In this document: positions 1-11,400 of the stretch, piece by piece | Layout: the number at the start of each line of letters is the position of its first letter | Numbering within the stretch: position 1 is the first letter of the stretch | Position numbers and translations under genes: made by a program | Notes under the pieces: model-generated | Told to the model about the DNA's origin: nothing | The model's input: the letters and a program-made list of their open reading frames with translations, nothing else | The model's database searches: none | NCBI GenBank assembly: GCA_009602735.1 | Contig: WELA01003597.1 | Span: forward strand, 875,157-938,891 | Length of the DNA: 63,735 bases | Origin: Mesotaenium endlicherianum | Lineage: Eukaryota | Direction of reading: 5' to 3'

Positions 1-1
1 G

Positions 2-598
2 GAGTTTAGTACTGACTTACGCAATGCCTTTGGGCGTCACAATCCATCAAAGCTAGCTCGTGATAAGTTGCTTCAACTCAAGCAGACAGGCATTATCGAA
101 ACCTATGTCAATAAGTTCCGTATCTTAGTCACCCAGATGGTGGATGTTCCAGTCGATACTGGGATGCAAATTCACCTCTGTCGCTTGGGGCTCCAGGTGG
201 AATACGCTAATCATCTCAATGCAAACCCAGTCTTCGATTTGGAATGGACAGCCATCGCCGATCTCATTTGTTATACCGAGACTTTAGCTCAGGAGAAGTC
301 GATTGCTACGCCTAAACGTCAAGCAGCTCGTCCATCACGTCCTCCATCGTCGTTTCCTAGTTCTAATAATGCCGCTTCAAAGAGGAACTATCCCAATGGG
401 GCGGGTAATAGTGCTAGATCCAATGGTCCACCTCCCAAGATAAGCAAGATAGACAACACAGAAGCTCGCAATTGCATGATGGCAGAAGGACTGTGTTTTG
501 GCTGTGGGAAACATGGGCATACGATCTCGGCATGTCCTACTAGAAAGGATTCGAGAAACGATCCGAAGGGGAAAGGCAAGGGGCCTTTGAAAGAGTAG
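2..598 (+). CDS. gag: Gag C-terminal part, element A (5'-incomplete)
   Basis: LQLKQTG..TYVNKF retrotransposon gag motif and zinc knuckle CFGCGKHGHTISAC; frame is open from base 2. Confidence 0.88.
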   Translation, partial: EFSTDLRNAFGRHNPSKLARDKLLQLKQTGIIETYVNKFRILVTQMVDVPVDTGMQIHLCRLGLQVEYANHLNANPVFDLEWTAIADLICYTETLAQEKSIATPKRQAARPSRPPSSFPSSNNAASKRNYPNGAGNSARSNGPPPKISKIDNTEARNCMMAEGLCFGCGKHGHTISACPTRKDSRNDPKGKGKGPLKE

Positions 599-3184
599 CT
601 CAGGAGATAGCCGCAAAGTCTCCTTCTGAGCTATTGACAACACGACTTAGTGAGCAGGAAATTCTCGATGTTTGTGCGCATGCACCAAAGGTTCTTGTTC
701 ACTCTGGCATACCCGATATACTTATACTTCGAAACGAATATATTTGTATGTAAGTGTTGAGCTTTGTTGAGTTCTTGGAACTCGAGTGCATCCATAGTAC
801 CATGTTCTTGCACTTTCAGCCGCACAATCCTAACCTTGCCAAGTGTTATTCACACTTATCTCGCTTACAAAAAATGCACCAATGTCGTGCACCAATTTAT
901 ATTGCTGCATTTACACATCGACGCGCGCATTCTCACCCAATAACTCGGTTTCCCGTGCGGATGGCAATGCAAAATGGGATTTTGGTAAAGGACCTCCATA
1001 TTCCCCACATTCCTCTCAAGGCGAAGACATTGCTAGTGATGCATAATGCTTCTTTGGGATTAAGTATGACATTTGGAACGAAAGTTTCAGGCAAATCATG
1101 CTTTACAGTCATTGATTCAGGCGCATCAGTGAGCTTCATTAGTGCACGTTGTGCACAAGGGATGAAGTTGCTTCCAATACTCAAGGACGAGACCCTTCGC
1201 CTCGGCGATGGCTCGTTAGCTTGTATTTCTGGAACGATTTAATTATCGCTCAGCGTGCATGGGCGTGTACAATTCTATGTAACTGAAATGCCACATGGAA
1301 TCAACGCAGTCTTGGGTAACACTTGGCTCACGCAAACAAGTGCATTGCTTGACTGCGGTCAAAAGATATGCATTGTACGCAAAGGGACCAGGAAGATCAC
1401 TCTTCAGTCCCTTAAGCCCAATATGGCCTTAGAAAGTCCTTCGAAGACTCTTCTATTGTCCATAAAGCAAGCTCGACGTTTGGCAAAGCAAAGTCAAAAT
1501 GTTTTCTATGGGTTACTAAGACCCGATTTCCCAGCAACTTCCTCTACGCTCTTTACGAAAGAGCCGATGTTAGACGTTACTAGTCATGAGGACACATTCA
1601 CAGCTAAACTTTCTGCTCTTTTGCAAAAGTACAAGTCTGTGTTTCCAAGTGAAATACCAGCCGGGCTTCCGCCTGATAGGGGTATTGGACATACAATGCC
1701 TCTCATTCCCGATTTTCAACTGACTTGGCGACCAATTTATCGCCTAAGCCCGTTGGAGATGAATGAAATGAAGGACCAAATCACCGACTTGCTTGAGAAA
1801 GGATGGATTGAGCCGAGCTCTTCTCCATTTGGGGCGCCCATCCTATTTGTTCGAAAGAAAGATGGGACGCTTAGAATGTGCATTGTTTATCGTGCGTTGA
1901 ACAATATAACGGTCAAGAACCGCTATTCGTTGCCTCGCGTTGATGATTTGTTTGATTTGCCGCAAGGGGCCTGCGTGTTCTCCTCGCTTGATTTAGCCCA
2001 AGGTTATCATCAGATTCGAATCACACCAGAGGATGTCCCCAAAACAGCGTTTCGTACGCCTATTGGGCACTTCCAATACAAAGTCCTAAGTTTTGGACTT
2101 ATCAACGCACCAGCGACATTCCAAAGTACGATGAACAATTTGTTTAGATCTTACTTGGGGAAATTTGTCCAGTTTACCTCGATGTTATCCTCGTCTATTC
2201 AAAGACCAGGGACGAGCATTACAAGCACCTCGAGTTGGTGTTGCAAATCCTTCGTGAGCAACAGCTGTATGCTAAGCTAAAGAAATGTTCCTTCCTAAAG
2301 GATTAACTTTTGTACCACGGACATATAGTGGGTTCGAAAGGGGTGCGCCCTGACCCAGCCAAGATAGCGTGCGTCGCTGATTGGCCTGTCTCGAAAGATG
2401 TACATACTGTACGTTCATTCCTTGGGTTTGCTAACTACTTTCGTAAGTTTATGCAAGGTTATTCAGTGATGGCCGCACCACTCACTGCTCTGACAAGGAA
2501 AGATAAGACGTTCATTTGGGATGAGAATACGCAACATGCGTTTGAGCGAGTTAAGTATGCACTCACTAATGCGCCACTTCTTTCATGAGCCAATCCCGAC
2601 TTGCCTTACGAGGTAGTCGCCGATGCGTCTGGTGTGGGATTAGAGGCTGTTTTGCTGCAAGCAGGCAAGCCTATCAGTTTTGAGAGTTGAAAGGTCACAC
2701 CTGCCAAACAAAATTACTTAACGACAGAGCCGGAGCTCTGGGCAGTCATATACGCTTTGAAAACTTGGCGATGTTATTTGAAGATTGCAAGGGTTTGACA
2801 GTAGTTACGGACCACTGCCCAAATACCTTCTTTCAAATTCAGCAAACGTTATCAAGTAGATAGGCGAGATGGTCTGAGTTCTTGCAACGATTCCACTTTG
2901 AGTGGGCATGTCGCCCAGGCCGCAACAATGTTGCTGATCCTCGAAGTCGAATTCCTTATCACCACTTGATGTTGGGAACTGTTGCTAGCTTGCAAGAATG
3001 AAATGGTCACGTTTCGAGGGCGACCACCCTTGATTCTGCTGTACCCCCCCAGACGTCTGACCGCAATTAGCCTGGTGACGCGGGCACACCCGATTTGGAT
3101 AGCATGCATAACTTAGAAGAACTTGACCGGCATCAACTATTTGACGAGGACTATCTCAAAGATCCGTTGTTCTTAAATATCCAG
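586..3184 (+). pseudogene. pol: pol of element A, part 1 (protease, RT, RNase H, start of integrase region); stops and frameshifts
   Basis: IDSGASVSF protease; [37 protein letters not shown] motifs; VRSFLGFANYFRKF; VVADASG RNase H. Confidence 0.92.
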
Positions 3185-3901
3185 TGAAATGAATCAACTT
3201 ACCAAATAGACGATTAACAATTAATTAAGATTGTTATATCAGCAAGTAATCTTTATGGTACTTTGTGTTAAACTGATTAATAGCAAAGGACAACCCACTA
3301 GCAGTGGACAATACTCGCCAGTCAAATGCAAGTAAACTAGCATCAATGATGCAATCAGTAAACTCATACATAGGCAAGGCTAGAAGACAGTGCATATCAA
3401 TGGCTTCTTGCCTTAGATCTAGATATCTCTCAGAAAGCAGTACAAGAGAGTTGGCCTCGTTTCCAAATGCCGGACTCGAGAGCAACACCTAGCATATGTA
3501 CATGGAATGAGTTTATTGTACAACGGCCAGTGCGATGGCACCGCCTACCCGGGAGTTAACCGCGTTGGTAGGACCTCGATTAACCACATCCACCGCCATC
3601 TCCCATCATCCCGAATTGCCATCCATCCTAAGGATGTCATCTGCCCATTCACCTAGCACACCACACTTAGATGCATATCTAGGCAGTTTGCTGCTATCTG
3701 GTACGGAAGTCGGCTAGCTGTCAAAATGTGTCAGCAAGCTGACCTAAGTTGACTTCAGCCTGCTGCTCCCGGCTGAGTCATTAAACTGACTATTTTATAA
3801 AGTCCAGCAGACTCAATATGAATTAATGTTCTACAGGCTGAACTTATTTAGCTATTATATTTAAATGAATATTATATCTACCAACATACTGATTCATTGC
3901 A
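3185..3901 (-). repeat. 3' LTR of element B
   Basis: Direct repeat of 11401..12119; PPT (minus AAGGTGGAGGGAT) adjacent at 3902-3914. Confidence 0.95.
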
Positions 3902-4237
3902 ATCCCTCCACCTTAACATGTTGTCGCCTCGACAACACTAACATTGGGTACATGGTTCCTCTAGCTGAAAGTGCTGATCTGACTCCCAACACCTTTTGCT
4001 TCAACATTGATACCTAACGGTGGGGATCACTAGTTACAGTGTGCTGTCCCTTTGGCCCTCAGCATACTGCCATCAGAAGGGAGATGTCCCTCGGGCCCTA
4101 TGGTCAGGGAGACCAGACCTCCTGTTGTCTTGGGGTCTCTTGAAGCCTAGAAGATCCGCGTAGGGACCCCGCGGAGAACCCAGTAATTGGGCTGTTTCCT
4201 CCTACACCGTCTGAAATTGAAGGGAGGCAGCCTTCTC

Positions 4238-5740
4238 CTAGGCAGCCCTCAAACTGGCAGGTACATATACCGGCATCCCAGAAGGATGTTGCATGACATG
4301 AGCCAAGGGCACATGCCCTCTCTGCGAGGGAGATGCTGGCAGGCCTCTGGCTATTTCTCTAGCAACCCTCTTGTCTGCCCTGTCTGACTGGGTCTCCGTG
4401 CCTGCAGATGGGCTCTGTCCTCTGGCAATTCCCAGCCAAGTGATATCTTCCTCTTCAGCGAGCTGATGCAAGGCCAACCCAGTCTTCTCCCTTACAGGGA
4501 ATGTGGCAGGTGTCAGGATTACAGCGGGGCTAGTGTCCTCCTCCTCGCCTTCCTCTTCTTCTTCCTCTGACCCCTCCTCCTCTCCTTCCCCTGGTTCCTC
4601 TGAGACTGCTGGAGTCTCTTCTGTCAGCTGCTCCAGCTCTTCCCGAGAAAATGAATATCCCACCGACCTTCCTTTTTTGGGTGCTAGTGGGGGCTGTTGA
4701 GTTCGGACCGCATACAGGTCCTTTTCTCCCTGCTTGCTTGCCCATTTGGCATAAGCGTGCTTCCCTTCAGAGAATGACTCGCGGGCCCTGCTCCTGTCCT
4801 CCTGCATTTCTTGGCTGATGAAGTCTCTTACTCCATCCAGTCTTGGGTCCCAAGCTGCAATATGAGAAGGCAACACTATGTTCCCCTGTAGGTCCGTTAG
4901 GAAGTTTTCCTCCCTTGCCTTGTCATTTTGCTGGTCCCTCATGTTGATGGTCATCCACCGCCAATCGGTGGGCTTCTGGAAGAAGGCAGGGTCTGTCCTT
5001 TTTAGAGTACAAGGGTACCAATGCCCTGCAAAGTCCAGCTGACTGGTTTCCCTCGCCAAAAATTCCCAGCTTCTTCTCTCCACCTCATTATACATGACCT
5101 TGAACCTGTTATGGGATGTAGAGTCCTTAAAGCTGTCCACGTCCATAGGGATTATCCTGATGACCCTATCTTTCCCCTAGATACTCGGAATCGATACAGC
5201 TCCTGCTTCATTCACCTGGGCCATTGCCTTGGCCTCTCTGACCGTATATCCTACCATCCTGGCATAATCGTGGTAGAGGAGGAGTCCTGTGCTGACCTCT
5301 ATACACTTGTCAAAGTTTTCAGATGTCTCCCCTTCCCTCTGCAGAATGTCGTGCTGCGCCTCACTGCGACTTCTCTGGGCATACTTGAAGGTCTCCTCCA
5401 GTAGATCAAAGCCCTTGCCCAACACTGTGTAGCGATAGCTGCTGATTCTCCTCTGTTCTTCTTCTTCAGCCTGCTTCTTCCGCCTCTCCTCAGCTTGCCT
5501 CTCCTCTTCCGCCTTCTTGGCCTCCTCTGCAGCTTTTCTGTCCAGTTCTTCCCGCCTCAGCCTGGCCCGTTCCTCCTCCTCCTTCTTCTTCTATGCCTCC
5601 CGCTGTTGTTGGAGTCGTTGTGATTCCCGAGCGGAGATGAAGGATGATTTGATGTTGCCACGGAATTGCAAGTATTCTGCATGTGCCTCTTCCGCTCTTC
5701 TCTTCCTCTTAAGTTACGAATTCTGAGTCATCCTGCTCAA
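4238..5740 (-). pseudogene. ORF3 subtype 1 of element B: unknown protein in env position (charged coiled-coil-like N-terminus, Trp-rich core, acidic tract); in-frame stops
   Basis: ORF-track pieces 5177..5425 and 4238..5146 and the upstream charged stretch share one frame. Homologous to ORF3 in C, D, E and G. Confidence 0.85.
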
Positions 5741-5957
5741 TCATAAACACAATGCAGTCATTGAAGTCATGACACTTTGCCGTTACTGAGTGCCCGTGGT
5801 GAAAAAGAATGTGATGGGGAGAGTCCCTAGTGTGTAGTACCTTGGGTGAGTGAGTATAAGAGAGAATTGAGTTAGAGAGAAAAAGTGAGTTTGAGCGCAG
5901 GTTGAGTGTGTAGAATGGTTAACATAATTCACTTGGCTGATCCCGAAACGGAACACA

Positions 5958-6041
5958 CTCCCTCCAACTTAATTTTAAAGGCGGGTTGCCTGTCACAAAC
6001 GTCACTATCTGTCACTAACCGTCACATTCCCCTCCGACTTA
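5958..6041 (-). promoter_or_regulatory. Post-pol module: two PPT-like motifs flanking a GTCAC array with ~10-bp period
   Basis: CCCTCC(A/G)ACTTA at ~5960-5971 and ~6030-6041; GTCAC at 5992, 6001, 6011, 6021. Same layout in G at 57606-57696. Function is inferred. Confidence 0.55.
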
Positions 6042-6090
6042 TATGGAGATAGGATCTCCTGTCACCTGCCCATGTCCATTGAAATGTCAG

Positions 6091-9000
6091 TTAGGGAGAG
6101 GTGCCAACCGCCCGAAGGTGAAACCGTGTCAACGCCCCTTTGGCATAAGTCAGCAGGTCAATAAATCCCGCAGTGTCCCGAGAGGCATCGTAACCCTTCT
6201 ACTTGACCAGGTACTTCATGACATATTTAGATGATCGACGGACAGAGCGAGCGTCTAAAGTCTCCTCCACCTCATATTCCTCAGGGTCACCATCCCGGAC
6301 AGCGGGGACCGGTCCCGGTTGGACAGGTCACCAACCTGTGAACAGTGTGTCACCTTTAATGTATGATTCGAGGAAGGAGACATTAAAGACGGGGTGACCC
6401 TTGTATTCTGCTGACATGTTCAGTTTGTAAGCATTCTGACCGACACCTCGCACCACCGAATATGGACCGACCCAGATAAGACCAAGCTTTTTCTTGACCA
6501 CACCAGGCAGGTACACGTGCTGAGAATGCAGTTTGACCAAATCGCCCTTAGAAAAGGTCAGTTCTCGACGGTGATGATTAGCGTACTTTTGTTGGTTTTC
6601 CTGGGCTTTGTGCGACTTCTGTTGGACTTCTGACAGGGTGTCAGCAAAGTCCTGGGTTAACTGGAGGAAGACCAGATTGTCAATCCCTTCAGGGTGAGTT
6701 AAAGACTCCCCTAGTACATCTAAAGGAGACTTAGGGACTCTACCCAGGTTTAGTTCACAAGGAGTCTTGCCCGTTGACGCGTGCACAGCACTGTTGACCG
6801 CAAACTGGATTTGACGCAACAGGTCATCCCAATTGTCTTGTTTTTGTTAATATATGCTCTCAGCACCTCTTGCAAAACTCACTCAGTTCTTTAAGTTTGC
6901 CCATCAGTCTGAGGGTGGTTTGCTGTGCTGCGCAGCTGTTTGACTCCCATTAACCCATTAAAGCTCTCCAGAACTTAGAGGTAAATTTTGAGTCTCTGTC
7001 TGAGATGATATTAGAAGGTAGCCCATGTTGGCATACTACATGGTTGTAGAGCTGTCTCGCTGTTTTGAGTGCAGTTACTTTGACAAATGTGGGGATGAAA
7101 ATGACCATTTTTGTCAGTTTATCCACAACTACCAGTATCGAATCATGCCCATTGGCAGTTCGTGGCAGTGTGACCACCCAGTCCATGAATATCGTTTCCC
7201 AGCGACCAGCTGGGATGGGCAGTGATTGTAAGAGGCCCCCCGGTGGTGTGTGCCTAGACTTACTCTTTTGACATTGGTCACAGGACTTAACGTATTTCAA
7301 GACCTCCCGAGGTAATCTCTCCCAATGATAATGTTTTGCCAGTTTGCCAATAGTTTTGACATGCCCCAAATGCCCACCCAGTAAATTGTCATGTGCTTGA
7401 CTCAGTAAAAGGGACCTTACTTTCAGGTTATTAGAAATGACCAGCTTCAGCCTGCCTGAAGTGGTTTCAGTCACCCAGATCCCTCCCCAAAGCTTATACC
7501 CGAGTGCAGTAGCAAGACACACACCATCAGTGGGGCTGGGCTCAAATGTTGGGTCAGAAAGGTAGGCTTTCCTAAGTTGTTCTAGGAAGGACTTTTTCAC
7601 CTTCAGTGAAGTGAGTGCACAAAGGACCTTATCTACAGCATGCTGACTAAAGTTCCTTTCTTGCAAGTCAGATCTTCTAGAGAGTGCATCAACAGGATTC
7701 AGCTTCCGTGGTTTGTAGTCAATCTGGACTTGAAATTGCTCCAGCATCTGGCTCCAGCAGTTCTCCCTCCTGGACAACTTGGACTTCTTCTGAAAGTGAG
7801 TCAGAGCTAGATGATCAGTAATCACCTTAAAAGCTTTACCATGTAAGTATGCTCTCCACTGTTTGAGCACATGAATGATAGCTAGCAACTCTTTATCGTG
7901 CACAGAGTAATTAACCTGAGCTGGATTAAATTTCATAGACTCATACAACACAGGATGCCACTCCTGCTTCACCTTACCATCCTTTGTGGTTTTGTCAGCA
8001 GGCTGCAACAAAAAAGCACCCATGTCAAAGTCAGAAGCACGAGTAACCACCTGCACTCGTTTCCTGGGGTTATACACGGGTAGCACTGGGGCAGAACAAA
8101 TAGCATCTTTAAGGGTTTGGAAGGCAGCCTGCTGCTCTTCCCCCCACACATCCCCTTTGTCTTCCTCAATAAGGTCAGTCATTTTACTGGCCTTTGTAGA
8201 ATAATTCTCATTAAATCTCCTATAGTAGTTAGCCAACCCAAGGAAGGTTCTAACTTCGGAGACAGATTGTAGTACAGGCCAATCCTTTATGATCTGAACT
8301 TTCTTAGGATCCACACCGATGCCTTCTTTGCTGACAACGTGGCCTAGGAATTTGATACTTTCCTTGAACAAATCACACTTGCTTATTTTAGCATACAACT
8401 GGTTTCTTCTTGGAGTGTCCATGACTCTCTTTAAGTGTTCAGCTGCTAAGCTTCATCTTTAGAATCTTCATCTTTCAAATAGCATGCAGGAAGACTTGCA
8501 CAAACTTATCCAGGTAAGGTCTGAAAATGTCATTCATATCACTCATGAAGGTTGCAGGAGCATTAGTCAGTCCAAATGGCATCACGTTGAACTCATAGTG
8601 TCCATAACATGTGCAGAAGGGAGTCTTGTGTTCATCCCCCTCAGCAATTCTGATTTGATGATAACCACTCTTAAGATCAATCTTACTGAACACCTTAGCA
8701 CCAGACAGGGTATCAAGCAAGTCCTCGATTCTGGGTAAAGCATACTTGTTCTTTTTTGTAATTCTGGTCAGAGCTCTCTAATCCACACACATCCGCATAC
8801 TGCCATCCTTTTTCTTAACAAATAGGATGGGTGCGCCTTAAGGTGATTTACTGGGAGAAATATAATCATTTTTCTTAAGCTCTGCAATCTGTGTTTTCAA
8901 CTCCTCGCTCTCCACATAAGACAAGCCATAAGTGCGTTGCCAGGGTGGTTGACTTCCAGGTAGTAAATCAATCCTATGATCTACTTCTCTCTTCCGGGGT

Positions 9001-9912
9001 AGTCCTGGAGGCATATTAAATACATCCGTGTACTGAGCAACAATTTTTGCAGCAGTAGGGTGCTCCGGAGGGCTTACCTTTTTCTCCACCACTTCTTCAG
9101 GTTGAGGAGGTACCTCTCTTAGCAGCAGACAGAACATTCTGTCTTCCTTCTGGTTCCAGCTTTTGACGAACTCCATTGCATTCAGCAACTTGCATCCTTC
9201 TGGAAGCCTCTTCTTTTCCTTCATTTGCCATCCACACAGGACAAGAGGAAGAGCACTGGTGGGTGCCAAGTTAGTCTGCCCATCACTGGCTCCTCTCACT
9301 TTAACTGTACCTCTGCTCCAACACNGCTCCAACACACTTGAGCTTGATGTCTATTAAGCCAGGACCTGCCTAGCACAAGATCATAAAAGCCAGTGTTCAG
9401 TACCTCAAATGTAAGCGTTTCAGTTATAACTGCAATGCCAGAACCTAACTGGACCTCAATACGCTTGGTTATAACTCCTCCCGAGATACTTGAGGCATCT
9501 CCAAGGAATTTTTTTCTATCCCCTTGGATGACACTAGGCAGTCTTAGCCGCTAAACTAAGTCCTTATGGATAAAAGTATGTGACGCCCCTCCGTCAACAA
9601 ATGCCCTCACCTTCCTACCTGCAATCATGCAATGCAGTAGGATAGGGGGCACTGTCTTTTCCTGACTTTTGCATTGTTCTCCTGACTTAGCAAAGAAATG
9701 TTGGATATTAGGTGGAACAAGAGAATCCAGAGTGTGCACTCTCTAGATGTCCATATTGCTAATGGTCTCCTTTATCTGGTTGTCAGGCATGCATAGTGAA
9801 TCTAGTTCAGCAGGACCCATAATACTTGCTACGAGGGCAGCTAGTGACGACTGACTTCTCTAGCATCCTCACAGTCAGTAGACTGGATTACTGACTGTTG
9901 CTGTCTTTTAAA
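6091..9912 (-). pseudogene. pol: pol of element B (PR-RT-RNaseH-INT-chromodomain), disrupted
   Basis: VDGGASHTF protease; DLKSGYHQI and [27 protein letters not shown]...CDQCQ; ISDRD integrase core; GPY motif; YEVEE chromodomain remnant. Confidence 0.93.
9871..9912 (-). promoter_or_regulatory. Predicted -1 ribosomal frameshift signal (T TTA AAA, 7-nt spacer, 10-bp hairpin)
   Basis: Minus strand CCT TTA AAA GAC AGC A ACAGTCAGTA-ATCCAGTC-TACTGACTGT. Identical in E, where the -1 frame runs directly into the protease ORF. Confidence 0.8.
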
Positions 9913-11366
9913 GGCTGGTCTTTTCTCTCGATCTTTGGGAGGTGCTTGACTGGACACTGATCTCTAAAGTGACCCGTCTGCTGGCAATGGAAGCAAACAG
10001 ATTTTGCTGAGGCTGGTCTCGGCTTAGTCCTACCACCACCTCTTCCATAGCCGCCTCGAGAGAAACCACCTCTCCCTCTAGACAGCCTGGCATTATATTC
10101 ATACTCATATTCATCACCCTGATCATCCTCAACCTGGTCTCCTTCAATTGCATCGTAGGAACCGTGGGGCTTTTTGACAACCTTAGACACCAAAGCATTA
10201 CTCTGGCGCTTGAGATTGAACTGCTGCTGATCCCAGGCATCAGCATCCTGGATCAAGTCAGCCAGATTCTCATACTTCTTTTCAGCAAATTGACCAGAGA
10301 CTTCGGATTTGAAGCCATACCTGATGTATGCTATCCTATACCGCTCTGGCAAGTCGGGCTGCTTCATCATGTTCTCTTGAAACTTCTGAGCAAACTCAGA
10401 AACTGAAGTGGTCTGCTTTAGTGTCAAGGAGATCATCGCATAGATAGCTTTCCCCTGCTGATTGATCACATCAAACTTCTCATGCAGCTTCTTGACAAAC
10501 TCTACCCAAGTAGGGTCACCGAGTTGTTGAGCCTTACGCTCTCCTTTCCAATAAAGCCACCAGTCTGCTGCACTGCCTTTCAGTAGAGCACTAGTGTGCC
10601 TGACCTTCTCGTAATCCTGGAGTTCTTGGTAGTTCTCCAGCCACTGCTCAACATCGGCGAGAAATTTGATCAGGTAATACTTTTTGTGCCCCTCAGGATC
10701 ATAATCCCGGGGAGGTTTTGGCTTGGGCTTACTAGACCCTCTGCCACCACCACCAGTGGTTTGAGAACCTAGTTGGTCTCTGTCCCGCAGCAGAGACATT
10801 ATGATTTTTCTGTCCTTTTGTTGGGTTTGACACATGCTCGCCATTTGCAATTGCATCTGCACAAACAATGCTCCCAAATCCACACTTTGAGGTGCGAGTC
10901 TAGCAAATGCAGCAATAGCAGTGGCATCCACTCGCTGAGTAGTTTCCTCAACAGTCCCTCTCGCTTTTGCATCAGCAATTCTTGCCGCATTTAGCCGGTC
11001 ACAAATTTGACCTAGGGGCACATTGAGTTGTACAATAGGAGGTGGGTTCAGAACATTGGCCCTTGATGCCATACGTTCTTCGACAGTGCGCTCGTCCGCT
11101 AGCTGTCCTTCCCTCTTTTCTGTATCTTCAGTAGCCTTTGCTAATTGTTCAGCTTCTAATCTGGCTCTCTCCTCCTCAGCTTGCTGTGCTGCGACTGCGG
11201 CATTAGCAGTTGCCTTATCTGCAGCCTCTCTAGCTGCAGTATCTGCCACTGCTTCAGAATAGCTACGGGATCCCGCTACATGGCTTTCAGGCTGATTTTC
11301 AACATTCTCGTTATCCTGGTTCTCCATGTCTCGGGAGTTCCTAGTCTGAGACCTTGTCCTTACCAT
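9888..11366 (-). CDS. gag: Gag of element B (492 aa, open)
   Basis: Open ORF starting ~35 nt after the LTR; LKGSAADWW, LKQTTSVSEF, and zinc knuckle CFHCQQTGHFRDQC. Confidence 0.93.
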   Translation of the reverse strand: MVRTRSQTRNSRDMENQDNENVENQPESHVAGSRSYSEAVADTAAREAADKATANAAVAAQQAEEERARLEAEQLAKATEDTEKREGQLADERTVEERMASRANVLNPPPIVQLNVPLGQICDRLNAARIADAKARGTVEETTQRVDATAIAAFARLAPQSVDLGALFVQMQLQMASMCQTQQKDRKIIMSLLRDRDQLGSQTTGGGGRGSSKPKPKPPRDYDPEGHKKYYLIKFLADVEQWLENYQELQDYEKVRHTSALLKGSAADWWLYWKGERKAQQLGDPTWVEFVKKLHEKFDVINQQGKAIYAMISLTLKQTTSVSEFAQKFQENMMKQPDLPERYRIAYIRYGFKSEVSGQFAEKKYENLADLIQDADAWDQQQFNLKRQSNALVSKVVKKPHGSYDAIEGDQVEDDQGDEYEYEYNARLSRGRGGFSRGGYGRGGGRTKPRPASAKSVCFHCQQTGHFRDQCPVKHLPKIERKDQPLKDSNSQ

Positions 11367-11387
11367 ACAAAGAAGACTGTGATAACT

Positions 11388-11399
11388 GCTCGGATACCA
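11388..11399 (-). promoter_or_regulatory. Primer-binding site, tRNA-iMet-like (TGGTATCCGAGC)
   Basis: Immediately inside the 5' LTR; one mismatch to the plant consensus TGGTATCAGAGC. Confidence 0.88.
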
Positions 11400-11400
11400 T

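Noticed and set aside
4238..5146. ORF3 as a retroviral-type env gene
   Set aside because: Position fits, but there is no signal peptide or transmembrane segment; the protein is hydrophilic.
9313..9337. Short duplication with a single N in B pol
   Set aside because: Looks like a contig-join artefact rather than biology.
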